Sequence record: SRR20825006_1157
Direction: 5' to 3' (one strand)
Length of the DNA stretch: 20,000 nt
Below the pieces are notes generated by a model, which ran no database searches, had not been told where the DNA came from, and worked only from the letters and a program-made list of their open reading frames with translations. A program made the position numbers and the translations under genes. Numbering within the stretch: position 1 is the first letter of the stretch; each line of letters begins with the position of its first letter. Below are positions 1-8,563 of this stretch, one piece after another.

Positions 1-28
1 TGCCCTACGGCGCATAGGAGCCTGACCC

Positions 29-322
29 ATGAGCGACAAGGTTGAAGTTGAAAACGTAAACACACCGGGCAAAATCACCCGCGTTGACGCGGCGAAATAT
101 AACGCCATGTACAATGCGATGATGCAGGTTTTGCCTCATGAGGCACCGGGCATGGTCGTCAAAGATGTGATTGCCGAAGCCAAAAAACATCTGCCGGATG
201 ATCTGTTCCCCGGGGGCAGCACCGCAGGCTGGTGGGTGAAATGCGTGCAACTTGATCTTGAAGCGAAAAAGAAAATCGCGCGGGCGGAAAAACCGCCTGT
301 GCGGCTTTATCGCCTAGACTAA
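29..322 (+). CDS. Small conserved hypothetical protein (97 aa), resembles the DUF6958 family
   Basis: ATG preceded by AGGAG (16-20). Co-oriented with deoA, 22 bp upstream. The motifs ENVNTPG...VDAAKY and FPGG.TAGWWVKCVQLDLEA resemble a conserved alphaproteobacterial family; the family name is from recall and was not searched. Confidence 0.75.
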   Translation: MSDKVEVENVNTPGKITRVDAAKYNAMYNAMMQVLPHEAPGMVVKDVIAEAKKHLPDDLFPGGSTAGWWVKCVQLDLEAKKKIARAEKPPVRLYRLD

Positions 323-344
323 AAGCCATCGAGGAAATTCGAAC

Positions 345-1661
345 ATGTTCTTGCCGGCAGAAATCATCGCCAAAAAACGCGATGGTGAAACCCTTACCCC
401 TGCTGAAATCAGCGCCTTCATTGAAGGCGTGGTCAGCGGTGCAGTAAAGCCGGAACAAGCCGCCGCCTTCGCCATGGCAGTCTACTTTCAGAATATGGAT
501 ATGAACGAGCGCGTGGCGCTCACCTTGGCCATGCGCGACAGTGGTGAAGTGCTCAATTGGGACGAACTGGACGGCCCCGTCATAGACAAACATTCTACCG
601 GCGGTGTGGGCGACAATGTCTCCTTGATGCTGGCCCCCATCTGGGCCGCTTGTGGCGCTTATGTGCCCATGATTTCTGGCCGCGGCCTCGGGCATACGGG
701 CGGCACACTTGATAAATTTGATGCCATCCCCGGCTATCAAACCAGCGTCGACAATGCCTTGTTCCGTAAGGTTGTCGCCGAAGCAGGTTGCGCTATTGTG
801 GGGCAAACCAGCAATCTCGCACCCGCCGACAAAATCCTTTACGCCATCCGCGATGTCACCGCGACTGTGGATAATATTTCTTTGATCACAGGCTCCATTC
901 TGTCCAAAAAACTGGCTGCCGGGTTGGATGCGTTGGTGCTTGATGTGAAGGTCGGCTCAGGTGCCTTTATGAAGTCAGCGGACGAGGCTAAAGCCTTGGC
1001 ACAAAGCCTTGTCCAAGTCGCCAATGGCGCAGGCGTGCGCACCAGCGCTTTGATCAGCGACATGAACCAGCCCCTTGCCAGCGCCGCGGGCAATGCACTT
1101 GAGGTGCAGAACGCCGTGCAGTTCCTCACAGGCGAACACCGCGGTGCCAATCTCGAGCAAGTGGTGCTGGAGCTCGCGGCCCATGGCTTGATGCATGGCG
1201 GCCTGTCAGCCGATCTGGATGCAGCCCGGCAAAAGGCGCAAGACGCGTTGGATAATGGCAGGGCGGCAGAACGATTTGGCAAAATGATCAGCGGCCTTGG
1301 TGGACCAAGCGATTTTATGTTGCGAGCAGAACATTATTTGCCCAAGGCCAAAATCATTCGTGACGTGACGATCGGCCAGTCTGGCTATGTCACCGAAATC
1401 AACGCTAAGCAGGTGGGCATGGGTGTGGTGATCTTGGGCGGAGGCCGCAAAGCGCCGGGTGATCCGCTGGATTATGCGGTTGGCTTCGATCAGCTTGCTT
1501 CACTTGGGCAAATGATTGAACAAGATACCCCCATCGCGCGTTTACACGCCAATGATGAAGCCTTGGCCGATGAAGCGGAAGAGCGATTGAAAGCGGCGTA
1601 TAGCCTTGGCGATGCGCCGCAAACCCCGCCATTATTTTATGGCGTGATAGAGCAGAATTAG
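345..1661 (+). CDS. deoA: Thymidine/pyrimidine-nucleoside phosphorylase (438 aa)
   Basis: N-terminal [34 protein letters not shown] signature, [10 protein letters not shown] and [18 protein letters not shown]. Typical length. Confidence 0.96.
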   Translation: MFLPAEIIAKKRDGETLTPAEISAFIEGVVSGAVKPEQAAAFAMAVYFQNMDMNERVALTLAMRDSGEVLNWDELDGPVIDKHSTGGVGDNVSLMLAPIWAACGAYVPMISGRGLGHTGGTLDKFDAIPGYQTSVDNALFRKVVAEAGCAIVGQTSNLAPADKILYAIRDVTATVDNISLITGSILSKKLAAGLDALVLDVKVGSGAFMKSADEAKALAQSLVQVANGAGVRTSALISDMNQPLASAAGNALEVQNAVQFLTGEHRGANLEQVVLELAAHGLMHGGLSADLDAARQKAQDALDNGRAAERFGKMISGLGGPSDFMLRAEHYLPKAKIIRDVTIGQSGYVTEINAKQVGMGVVILGGGRKAPGDPLDYAVGFDQLASLGQMIEQDTPIARLHANDEALADEAEERLKAAYSLGDAPQTPPLFYGVIEQN

Positions 1662-1669
1662 GAGGCCTT

Positions 1670-2887
1670 ATGCCCCGAGCAATATTATGTGTGTTGGATA
1701 GTTTTGGTATTGGCGGCGCGCCGGATGCAGCAGATTTTGGCGACAAGGGCGCCAACACGCTCGGCCATATCGCCGACAAATGCGCCGCAGGTGAAGCCGA
1801 CAAAGAAGGCTTGCGCCAAGGCCCGCTCTTCTTGCCCAATATGGATATGCTAGGACTTGGCCTTGCAGCCAAAGCCGCGGCAGGCACCTTGCCGCCGGGG
1901 CTCAGCGAAGAGCACAAAGCAGGCGTCTGGGCACATGCCAAAGAAGTGTCGAAAGGTAAAGACACCCCGTCTGGCCATTGGGAAATTGCGGGCGTGCCAG
2001 TGTCATTTGATTGGGGCTATTTCCCCGAAACAGAACCTTGCTTTCCGCCAGACCTGATCGAAAAATTTATTGAAGAGGCCAAACTGTCCGGCATTTTGGG
2101 CAACAAACATGCGTCTGGCACCACCATCATCGCGGAGTTGGGCGAAGAGCATATCAAAACTGGCAAACCGATCTGTTACACCAGTGCCGATAGCGTGTTT
2201 CAAATCGCTGCCCATGAGCAGCATTTTGGCTTAGATCGTCTTTATGAGATTTGCGAGATCGCTCGCAAATTGCTTGATCCCCTCAATATTGGCCGCGTGA
2301 TTGCACGGCCATTTAACGGTGAAAATGCTGGGGACTTTAAACGCACGGGCAATCGTCGCGACTTCTCTGTTTTACCACCAGAACCAACCCTTCTGGATCG
2401 CGCCAAGGAAGCAGGCCGCAAGGTACTGGCTGTGGGAAAAATCTCGGATATTTACGCAGCGCAGGGCGTGACCCACAAGATCAAAGCCAGCGGCAATATA
2501 GCGCTTTTTGATGCGACATTGGATGCGATGGATATGGCGGAAGATGGTGACTTGATCTTCACCAATTTTGTCGATTTCGACATGGAATATGGCCATCGTC
2601 GCGATGTGCCGGGTTATGCTGCAGCACTAGAAAAATTTGATCGCCGTTTGCCTGAGCTGGTCGCCAAAATGCGTCAGGATGATGTGCTGATCCTCACCGC
2701 AGATCATGGCTGCGATCCCACCTGGCGTGGCACGGATCATACGCGCGAGCAGGTGCCCGTTTTATGTTTTTCCCCAATTTTGCACAAAGCCAGTGCAGGC
2801 GGGCGAGAAACATTTGCAGATATAGGTGAAAGCGTGGCAAGTTGGCTAAAACTGCCAGCCGGACCCTATGGTAAGAGCTTTTTGTAA
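1670..2887 (+). CDS. deoB: Phosphopentomutase (405 aa)
   Basis: [62 protein letters not shown] and DHTREQVP motifs. GGAGG RBS; directly follows deoA. Confidence 0.96.
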   Translation: MPRAILCVLDSFGIGGAPDAADFGDKGANTLGHIADKCAAGEADKEGLRQGPLFLPNMDMLGLGLAAKAAAGTLPPGLSEEHKAGVWAHAKEVSKGKDTPSGHWEIAGVPVSFDWGYFPETEPCFPPDLIEKFIEEAKLSGILGNKHASGTTIIAELGEEHIKTGKPICYTSADSVFQIAAHEQHFGLDRLYEICEIARKLLDPLNIGRVIARPFNGENAGDFKRTGNRRDFSVLPPEPTLLDRAKEAGRKVLAVGKISDIYAAQGVTHKIKASGNIALFDATLDAMDMAEDGDLIFTNFVDFDMEYGHRRDVPGYAAALEKFDRRLPELVAKMRQDDVLILTADHGCDPTWRGTDHTREQVPVLCFSPILHKASAGGRETFADIGESVASWLKLPAGPYGKSFL

Positions 2888-2897
2888 GAGGTAGAAT

Positions 2898-3527
2898 ATG
2901 GAAAACGTCACCGTTGTCGAACACCCGTTGGTGCAACATAAATTGACCATTATGCGGGATAAAGAAACATCAACGGCGAGTTTCCGTCGGCTCTTGCAGG
3001 AAATTGCGCACTTGCTTTGCTATGAGGTAACCCGCGATCTCGAAACCGAGCTGATCGAAATTGAAACCCCAATCCAGAAAATGCAAAGCCCTGCCCTAAA
3101 AGGCAAAAAGCTTGTGTTCGCGTCTATCCTGCGGGCGGGCAATGGCTTGCTGGAAGGCATGTTGGATTTGGTGCCAAGCGCGCGCGTTTCCCATATCGGC
3201 CTTTATCGCGATCCAGAAACATTGGAAGCGATTGAATATTATTTCAAAGCTCCATCTGACATTGCAGACCGTTTGGTGGTTGTGGTTGACCCCATGTTGG
3301 CGACAGCCAATTCAGCCGTCACCGCCGTAGATCGTATCAAACGCCGCGGCGCCAACAATCTGCGCTTCTTGTGCTTGTTGGCTGCGCCAGAGGGCATCAA
3401 ACGCTTCCAAGAAGCGCATCCAGATGTGCCGATCTACACCGCTGCGATTGACGAAAAACTCAATGAAAAAGGCTATATTGTGCCGGGCTTGGGCGATGCG
3501 GGGGACCGCATGTATGGCACGCGCTAA
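2898..3527 (+). CDS. upp: Uracil phosphoribosyltransferase (209 aa)
   Basis: [27 protein letters not shown]-binding [11 protein letters not shown], and C-terminal [17 protein letters not shown]. Confidence 0.97.
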   Translation: MENVTVVEHPLVQHKLTIMRDKETSTASFRRLLQEIAHLLCYEVTRDLETELIEIETPIQKMQSPALKGKKLVFASILRAGNGLLEGMLDLVPSARVSHIGLYRDPETLEAIEYYFKAPSDIADRLVVVVDPMLATANSAVTAVDRIKRRGANNLRFLCLLAAPEGIKRFQEAHPDVPIYTAAIDEKLNEKGYIVPGLGDAGDRMYGTR

Positions 3528-3946
3528 TGCAGCCTAAAGATTTGATGGGCGAGTGGCGGCTTTTGTCCGCCACTTTAACGGTGGCCGGTGAGGACAATTC
3601 GATCCTTGACCCCAATCGTCATTTTATCAAGCTGTTCACCGCCAACCACTTCGCCTTCTTTTCCCGTTTGCCAGAACGGCCACGCTACACGCTGCCACCC
3701 AGCGATAGCGAGTTGATTGCTGGTGGTAAATCTTTTGATGCTGGTGGCGGTCGGTACGATCTTGAAGGCGACAATTATATTGAGCATATCGATTATTGCT
3801 CGTTCCCCAATTATGAGGGCATTTCCATCGCCTTCAAACTGTCGTTCGAAAACGGTGTGCTCACCCAGCAAGGCACCTATCCTTTGGTGAAATTGGGGCT
3901 GGGTGAGGTCGATGGCTATCTCGTCGAAACCTACGAGAAAATCTAA
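3527..3946 (+). CDS. Lipocalin-like beta-barrel hypothetical protein (139 aa), no signal peptide
   Basis: TAATG overlap with the upp stop. N-terminal L.G.W.L.S motif (DLMGEWRLLS) is typical of lipocalin-like domains, followed by GGGRYDLEGDNYIEHIDY and an alternating beta-strand pattern. Confidence 0.7.
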   Translation: MQPKDLMGEWRLLSATLTVAGEDNSILDPNRHFIKLFTANHFAFFSRLPERPRYTLPPSDSELIAGGKSFDAGGGRYDLEGDNYIEHIDYCSFPNYEGISIAFKLSFENGVLTQQGTYPLVKLGLGEVDGYLVETYEKI

Positions 3947-4560
3947 GCCTTTAGCGGCAAACCCAAGGCGATCAAATCTTCACGCAATTGCTCAGGGCTT
4001 TCAAAATGAATGGCCTTCATGCCGATATATTCCGCAGCCACCACATTGGGATAGCTATCATCAATGAACACGCAGCTAGAGGCATCAAGGCTATAACGCT
4101 CCAAAAAGCGGTGATAAATCCGATAGTCTGGCTTCACCAGTTTTTCTTGGCCCGAAACCAAAATGCCATCAAACTTTTGCAAGAACTTATAGTTTTCCAG
4201 CGTCAGCTGAAATTTCTCTTTTGAGTAGTTGGTGATGGCAAAAGTTGGAATGTCTTCAGCAATCAGCTCTTCGTGGATTGCAACCGTACCCTCAAACAAT
4301 CCTGCAATTGTTTCCAACCAGCGCTTATCATAAGCCACAATCTGGTCTGTATAGGCGGGGAAACGAGCACACAGCTCAGCAATGCCTTCGGCATAAAGCT
4401 TGCCTGCATCAAACTCTAAATTCCACAAGCCGGAATAAACATTTTCGACAAACCAAATTGCTTCTTCTTCGGTGTCAAACACATTGCGATAAAGATTAAG
4501 CGGGTGCCAATCGATAAAAACACCGCCCAGATCAAACACGGGGATCAAATAATCAGACAT
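3943..4560 (-). CDS. HAD-superfamily hydrolase/phosphatase (subfamily IA, YihX-like), 205 aa
   Basis: Motif I VFDLGGVFIDW, motif II ITN, motif III KPD.RIY, motif IV FIDDS..N. Start placed at ATG 4560 (CAGGA RBS) rather than 4593. The stop overlaps the convergent gene by 4 bp. Confidence 0.88.
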   Translation of the reverse strand: MSDYLIPVFDLGGVFIDWHPLNLYRNVFDTEEEAIWFVENVYSGLWNLEFDAGKLYAEGIAELCARFPAYTDQIVAYDKRWLETIAGLFEGTVAIHEELIAEDIPTFAITNYSKEKFQLTLENYKFLQKFDGILVSGQEKLVKPDYRIYHRFLERYSLDASSCVFIDDSYPNVVAAEYIGMKAIHFESPEQLREDLIALGLPLKA

Positions 4561-4595
4561 GATTTTCCTGAAGATGGGGACCAGATGAGGCAACC

Positions 4596-5150
4596 CTAGA
4601 TCAGTTGGATGATTCCATCAAACCGAGATCTGAAGAAGTACCGCTCTTTAAAGCTCAGGGTGGAGTTGAACACATAGCCCACCACTGGCGACATGGAATT
4701 CCAAGCTTCACCCATCACCATATAACGGTTCTTATTGGCAGCAGCCACTTCAGGCGGCATGTCAACAAACTGGCTGCCAACCGACAAAATTGAACCGCCA
4801 TTATAGGTGCGAGACCAAATCACCCAAGCTTTGCCATCACCGTCGATGCGTAAGCTGGTCACGCGCTGCACCAAATTTGCCGACTTGTAAGGTTTGATGG
4901 TGAATTCAGCCGCCTTGAAATAATCGTCCACGGTGGCGATGGCGATTTTGTCTTCCGCTCGGGCAACCAAATCAGCCACAGAACCGGCAACAACAGAAAC
5001 TTTGCGATCAACAATGATGTAGGTGCTAAGGTCAATTGTACCCAAATAAAGCGTCAGCATTACGGGCAGAATAAGCGCGAATTCAACAGCAGAAACGCCG
5101 CGCTCATTTGTGCGGAGCCTCTTTAGTTTTTGGATTAAGTTGCGCAACAT
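4596..5150 (-). CDS. TadE/TadG-family Tad pseudopilin (CpaK-like)
   Basis: Class III prepilin motif NERG|VSAVEFALILPVMLTLYLG. AGGAG RBS upstream of ATG 5150. Located in the Tad locus. Confidence 0.88.
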   Translation of the reverse strand: MLRNLIQKLKRLRTNERGVSAVEFALILPVMLTLYLGTIDLSTYIIVDRKVSVVAGSVADLVARAEDKIAIATVDDYFKAAEFTIKPYKSANLVQRVTSLRIDGDGKAWVIWSRTYNGGSILSVGSQFVDMPPEVAAANKNRYMVMGEAWNSMSPVVGYVFNSTLSFKERYFFRSRFDGIIQLI

Positions 5151-5160
5151 CAATCCACTC

Positions 5161-5709
5161 CTAAAATGGCTCGTTCATGAACACACGCGATGCGCCCATC
5201 AACATGGCACTATCGCCATCTAAATGACCGAGCTTGAACCCTAAAATGTTCAAGAAGGTTGGCCATTTATAATAAGTTTCCACCAGCACAACTTGGTTGC
5301 GGCCGCCAGGTTTAAAACTGCTTGAAATCACCCATTTGCCGTCAGCATCAACAGGGTTAGTGGTTTTAGCGTTAGCAAAGCTATCAACAACTTGAACACG
5401 GATGCGAAGCTTGTTGCAGTCAAACAAACCATACGTCTTGTCGCAAACTTTGGCCCGGAATTCTGGCATGTTATAGCCGCTGCGTTGCGCCTCTCCCGTG
5501 CGGACAACGCGCGTGGCATCACCAACAGCGGTATCTAATATCTGCGAAGCGAGCAGCACCAACCCGGTTTCAAGAATTGCGCCAATGATGGCGAAGAAGG
5601 GCAGGGCAAGTAGGCTAAACTCAACAACAGTTACCCCACGCTCATCCGAGGCGAAGCGTTTAGCCTTCAACTGCTTGTAAGCTTTTCGACATGTTCTGGC
5701 GACTGACAT
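5161..5709 (-). CDS. tadE: TadE-family Tad pseudopilin (CpaJ-like)
   Basis: DERG|VTVVEFSLLALPFFAIIGAILETG prepilin motif, R.VRTG, a Cys pair (VC...DC) and C-terminal F.NEPF typical of alphaproteobacterial TadE. ATG at 5709. Confidence 0.88.
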   Translation of the reverse strand: MSVARTCRKAYKQLKAKRFASDERGVTVVEFSLLALPFFAIIGAILETGLVLLASQILDTAVGDATRVVRTGEAQRSGYNMPEFRAKVCDKTYGLFDCNKLRIRVQVVDSFANAKTTNPVDADGKWVISSSFKPGGRNQVVLVETYYKWPTFLNILGFKLGHLDGDSAMLMGASRVFMNEPF

Positions 5710-5800
5710 CACTTGACCCTTGCTCTAAGTGAAGCAAGCATAGCGCTGTAAAATTACTGAATTCTTTCGATAATTCTTTGTAAGTGAAAGTAACAATCTC

Positions 5801-6280
5801 TTAGCGTGAAGCGGCTTCCACGATAGACTTAGAACCAGCAACTTCACCAAGATAATTTGTATCGTCACCCATCATCAATGCGGGGCCACAATCTGGCGTG
5901 CATGAAACAGTGTTGCGTTCTTCACCATTATAAACCAGCACCAAATTATCTTCTTGCGACACCACTTCAACCTTCAAATCGGCGATTGGATTGCCCACAG
6001 CATCTAGCGCGATCAAATTGGTGTGCCCAAATGTTTTGCCTGTTAAAACAATGGTTTCAGGGTCTTGGATGGTTGCATCCGCAATGCCTGGATTGCCGAT
6101 CACGATGGTTGAGGCTGCAGAAGGCAACCGCAAAATGCGCGCCATATTAACCTGCACATCGACGCTACCTTTTGGGTCGGCGGCGAAGCCCGCGCCAGTT
6201 GATGAAACCAACAGCCCTGCAACAACGGCTCCCGCGGCGGTCCAGGAACGGAGCACTTTATTGAGACGTATGCCAAGCAT
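5801..6280 (-). CDS. Pilus assembly protein with a secretin N-terminal-like (T2SS-T3SS_pil_N) domain, CpaI-like (159 aa)
   Basis: Signal peptide ending ...GAGFA. ILRLPSAASTIVIGNPGIADATI and LTGKTFGHTNLIALDAVG resemble the CpaC N-terminal domain in this window (IIDLPVSAKEVIVSEPRIANA...GDTNIIFLD). C-terminal SCTPDC. Confidence 0.85.
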   Translation of the reverse strand: MLGIRLNKVLRSWTAAGAVVAGLLVSSTGAGFAADPKGSVDVQVNMARILRLPSAASTIVIGNPGIADATIQDPETIVLTGKTFGHTNLIALDAVGNPIADLKVEVVSQEDNLVLVYNGEERNTVSCTPDCGPALMMGDDTNYLGEVAGSKSIVEAASR

Positions 6281-6507
6281 GACTTTAACCCTTTATTCAG
6301 CAAAAACTTTTCTGCATCATGGGGCAGAATGGTGAATAAAGTGCAAATGTGTTTTGCCCTTCGCATTGCGCAACGCTGAACGAACACATTATCTATATAT
6401 ATAGAACAATAAGGGCCGCTATTTGCCCCATTGATCGACGTGTCTGCTGGGGTGGGTAATATGCTGCAAATGGCTAACTATCCAAATTAGTTGCAAATAT
6501 TTCTGCT

Positions 6508-6522
6508 TTAACCACTTGATAA
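6508..6522. promoter_or_regulatory. Putative CtrA box TTAA-N7-ATAA
   Basis: TTAAccacttgATAA, one mismatch to the CtrA consensus TTAA-N7-TTAA, in the divergent cpaI/pilin intergenic region. Confidence 0.55.
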
Positions 6523-6567
6523 TCATAAATATAGCAAGTCCGGTTATTATGCGTTGCTGCGTTTCGA

Positions 6568-6599
6568 TTAACACAATTTCAAGACTCCGCGCCTAACGT
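6568..6599 (+). promoter_or_regulatory. Putative CtrA-dependent pilin promoter (CtrA box over -35, -10 TAACGT)
   Basis: TTAAcacaattTCAA (6568-6582), 11 bp, then TAACGT (6594-6599). A GANTC site (GACTC 6583-6587) is immediately adjacent. CtrA control of pilA is established in Caulobacter. Confidence 0.6.
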
Positions 6600-6675
6600 T
6601 GAGCCTGAGTTCGATGGTGAGGATCGGACAATGTTTTGTCACGTTAGGGCGTGACGACGAGCAAGGAGCAACGAA

Positions 6676-6846
6676 ATGAAATTGGTAAAACGTTTTTTGG
6701 CTGATGAGTCAGGCGCGACCGCAATTGAGTATGGCTTGATTGCCGCACTTATCGCTGTGGCCATCATCAGTGCTGCAGGCCTTTTGGGTACAAAACTTGA
6801 TGATTTGTTCTCAGGTATCGCAGGCAAGTTGGTAGCACCTGCATAA
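6676..6846 (+). CDS. pilA: Flp family major pilin, 56 aa (not in the ORF track)
   Basis: Translates as MKLVKRFLADESG|ATAIEYGLIAALIAVAIISAAGLLGTKLDDLFSGIAGKLVAPA*, with the Flp motif G|ATAIEYGL. AAGGAG RBS at 6663-6668; directly upstream of cpaA. Confidence 0.96.
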   Translation: MKLVKRFLADESGATAIEYGLIAALIAVAIISAAGLLGTKLDDLFSGIAGKLVAPA

Positions 6847-6866
6847 GCCTCGGCTTACATGTTATC

Positions 6867-6901
6867 AAAAAGCGGGGAGCTGCAAAGCTCCCCTCTTTTT
6901 T
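6867..6901 (+). terminator. Rho-independent terminator after the pilin
   Basis: GGGGAGCT-GCAA-AGCTCCCC stem-loop (6874-6893) followed by TCTTTTTT, with an A-run upstream. Confidence 0.88.
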
Positions 6902-6917
6902 GTCCTATCGCCGGTTT

Positions 6918-6949
6918 TTAACTTTTGACTAACCATAAATTAGCAGACT
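6918..6949 (+). promoter_or_regulatory. Putative CtrA-dependent promoter of cpaA
   Basis: TTAA-N7-CTAA-N7-TTAG (6918-6943). A candidate -10 (CAGACT, 6944-6949) lies 11 bp after the first box. Confidence 0.55.
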
Positions 6950-6973
6950 GCAGCAACGTCTTTTAAAACAGGT

Positions 6974-7486
6974 ATGACCCCAATGAATGCGATCGTTCTT
7001 GCCATTTTTCCCATCATGATGGCTTTTTGTGCAGCTTATGATCTTCTCACCATGCGCATACCAAATTGGCTTTCGGCTGTTTTGATTGCGGGTTTTCTTG
7101 TTGCTGCATTGCTGGCTGGCTTTTCTTGGGAAACTATCGGCATGCACTTCGTCGCCTTTTTAATTGCACTTGTGGTCTGCTTTATTCTGTTCATCCCTGG
7201 CTGGATTGGCGGCGGCGATGCAAAATTCGCGGCCAGCACTGTGTTGTGGATGGGCATGAACCATGCCTTATCTTACTTCTTTTATGCCGCGATAGCGGGC
7301 GGCGTGTTCACATTGTTGATCTTAGTTTTCCGAAAATTTGTGAACGCAACACAATTGCCCAAATGGGATTGGCTGGTAAAATTGCATGACCCGAAAGTGG
7401 GCGTACCTTATGGCGTGGCTTTGGCCATCGCCGCTCTATTGGTCTTCCCAAGCACCAATATTTTCTCGGCGCTTGCGCTAAGCTAA
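6974..7486 (+). CDS. cpaA: Prepilin peptidase, A24 family (CpaA/TadV), 170 aa
   Basis: Multiple hydrophobic segments. Catalytic Asp motifs AYDLLTMRIPN and IGGGDAKF; C-terminal GVPYGVALA. Confidence 0.93.
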   Translation: MTPMNAIVLAIFPIMMAFCAAYDLLTMRIPNWLSAVLIAGFLVAALLAGFSWETIGMHFVAFLIALVVCFILFIPGWIGGGDAKFAASTVLWMGMNHALSYFFYAAIAGGVFTLLILVFRKFVNATQLPKWDWLVKLHDPKVGVPYGVALAIAALLVFPSTNIFSALALS

Positions 7487-7535
7487 GCACTTATAATCGT
7501 GCAACTTTTCGTTAACGCTATTTGACAAGGCTCCA

Positions 7536-7567
7536 TTAACCAAACCTTGACGCTTTAGGTCGATACT
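7536..7567 (+). promoter_or_regulatory. Putative CtrA-dependent promoter of the cpaB-tadC operon
   Basis: TTAAccaaaccTTGA(C) (7536-7550), 11 bp, then GATACT (7562-7567). Confidence 0.6.
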
Positions 7568-7627
7568 ACCCCGGAATATCTGTGCGTATTGGGTGCAGAA
7601 GCATTGAGTTTAACCGGGGAAATAGAA

Positions 7628-8563
7628 ATGAAGCCGGCGCGTTTGATTCTCGTTTTAGTTGCTTTGATAGCAGGTGGCTTGGCAGCTTTTTTTGCCTTGA
7701 ATTCAGGCGGGAGCTCAGATCCTTCGCCACAAGTTGCTGAGGTCGAGTCCGTTCAAAAGGTCAAAGTTTTGATCGCCAGCCGCACCATTGGCATTGGCGA
7801 GCGGTTGGACCCAACAACAGTGATGTGGCAAGATTGGCCAGAAGAGGCCATTCGCCCAGAATTCATCACAGATGAACGCTTGCCGGACGCACCGCAGCAA
7901 ATGCAGGGCACCATTTCCCGCTTTGAAATTTTTGAGGGCGAGCCCATTCGCGAAGCGAAATTGGTGCGCACCGGACAGGGCTATTTGTCCGCAGTGATCG
8001 GCAAAGGCATGCGCGGCGTTTCAATTGAAGTGTCAGCAGAAAGCGGCGCAGGCGGCTTTATCGTGCCAAATGACCGCGTAGATGTTGTGCTCACACAACG
8101 CAACCGCACTGGCGACACGTCACAGACCATTTTGAACAATGCCCGTGTGCTGGCCATCGGCAAAAAGCTTGGCGAAGTCGGCCCAAATGGCGGCGGCGGA
8201 AATGGCGAGCAGGCCAGCCCAGAAGCATTTGAAAACAACACAATTGCGACCTTGGAATTAACGCCACGCCAAGCAGAAGCCATCATCAACGCGTCTCAAG
8301 TTGGCCAACTTTCATTGGTGTTGCGTTCAATCATTGACTTTGTAGATGGTCCGGCAACGGCAGGCACAGGCGATAATGCAAGTGTAAAACTGATCCGCGC
8401 TGGCCAGCAAACGAGCGCCTTGGCGGTTTCAGCTGAAAACCCAGCGCAAAACGAAACATCCGAAACAGAACAAAGTACCGGTGGTCCCGTATTTTCTGCG
8501 GTTCCAGCCCCGGTGGCACAACAGCCGCAACCAAATAGTGCACCAGCCGTGGTGAAGGAGTAA
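7628..8563 (+). CDS. cpaB: Flp pilus assembly protein CpaB/RcpC (311 aa)
   Basis: MKPARLILVLVALIAGGLA N-terminal anchor, SAF-like region (VLIASRTIGIGERL...WQDWP), GMRGVSIEVSAESGAGGFIVPNDRVDV, TLELTP.QAE and LSLVLRS. Start taken at ATG 7628 with a GGGGA RBS. Confidence 0.93.
   Translation: MKPARLILVLVALIAGGLAAFFALNSGGSSDPSPQVAEVESVQKVKVLIASRTIGIGERLDPTTVMWQDWPEEAIRPEFITDERLPDAPQQMQGTISRFEIFEGEPIREAKLVRTGQGYLSAVIGKGMRGVSIEVSAESGAGGFIVPNDRVDVVLTQRNRTGDTSQTILNNARVLAIGKKLGEVGPNGGGGNGEQASPEAFENNTIATLELTPRQAEAIINASQVGQLSLVLRSIIDFVDGPATAGTGDNASVKLIRAGQQTSALAVSAENPAQNETSETEQSTGGPVFSAVPAPVAQQPQPNSAPAVVKE

Noticed and set aside
1-17. Possible last codons of an upstream gene (...PYGA*, TAG 15-17)
   Set aside because: Too short to identify or support.
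159-2939. Long minus-strand ORFs (159-806, 839-1282, 1405-1965 and others) over deoA/deoB
   Set aside because: They lie antisense to well-supported genes and have no recognisable motifs.
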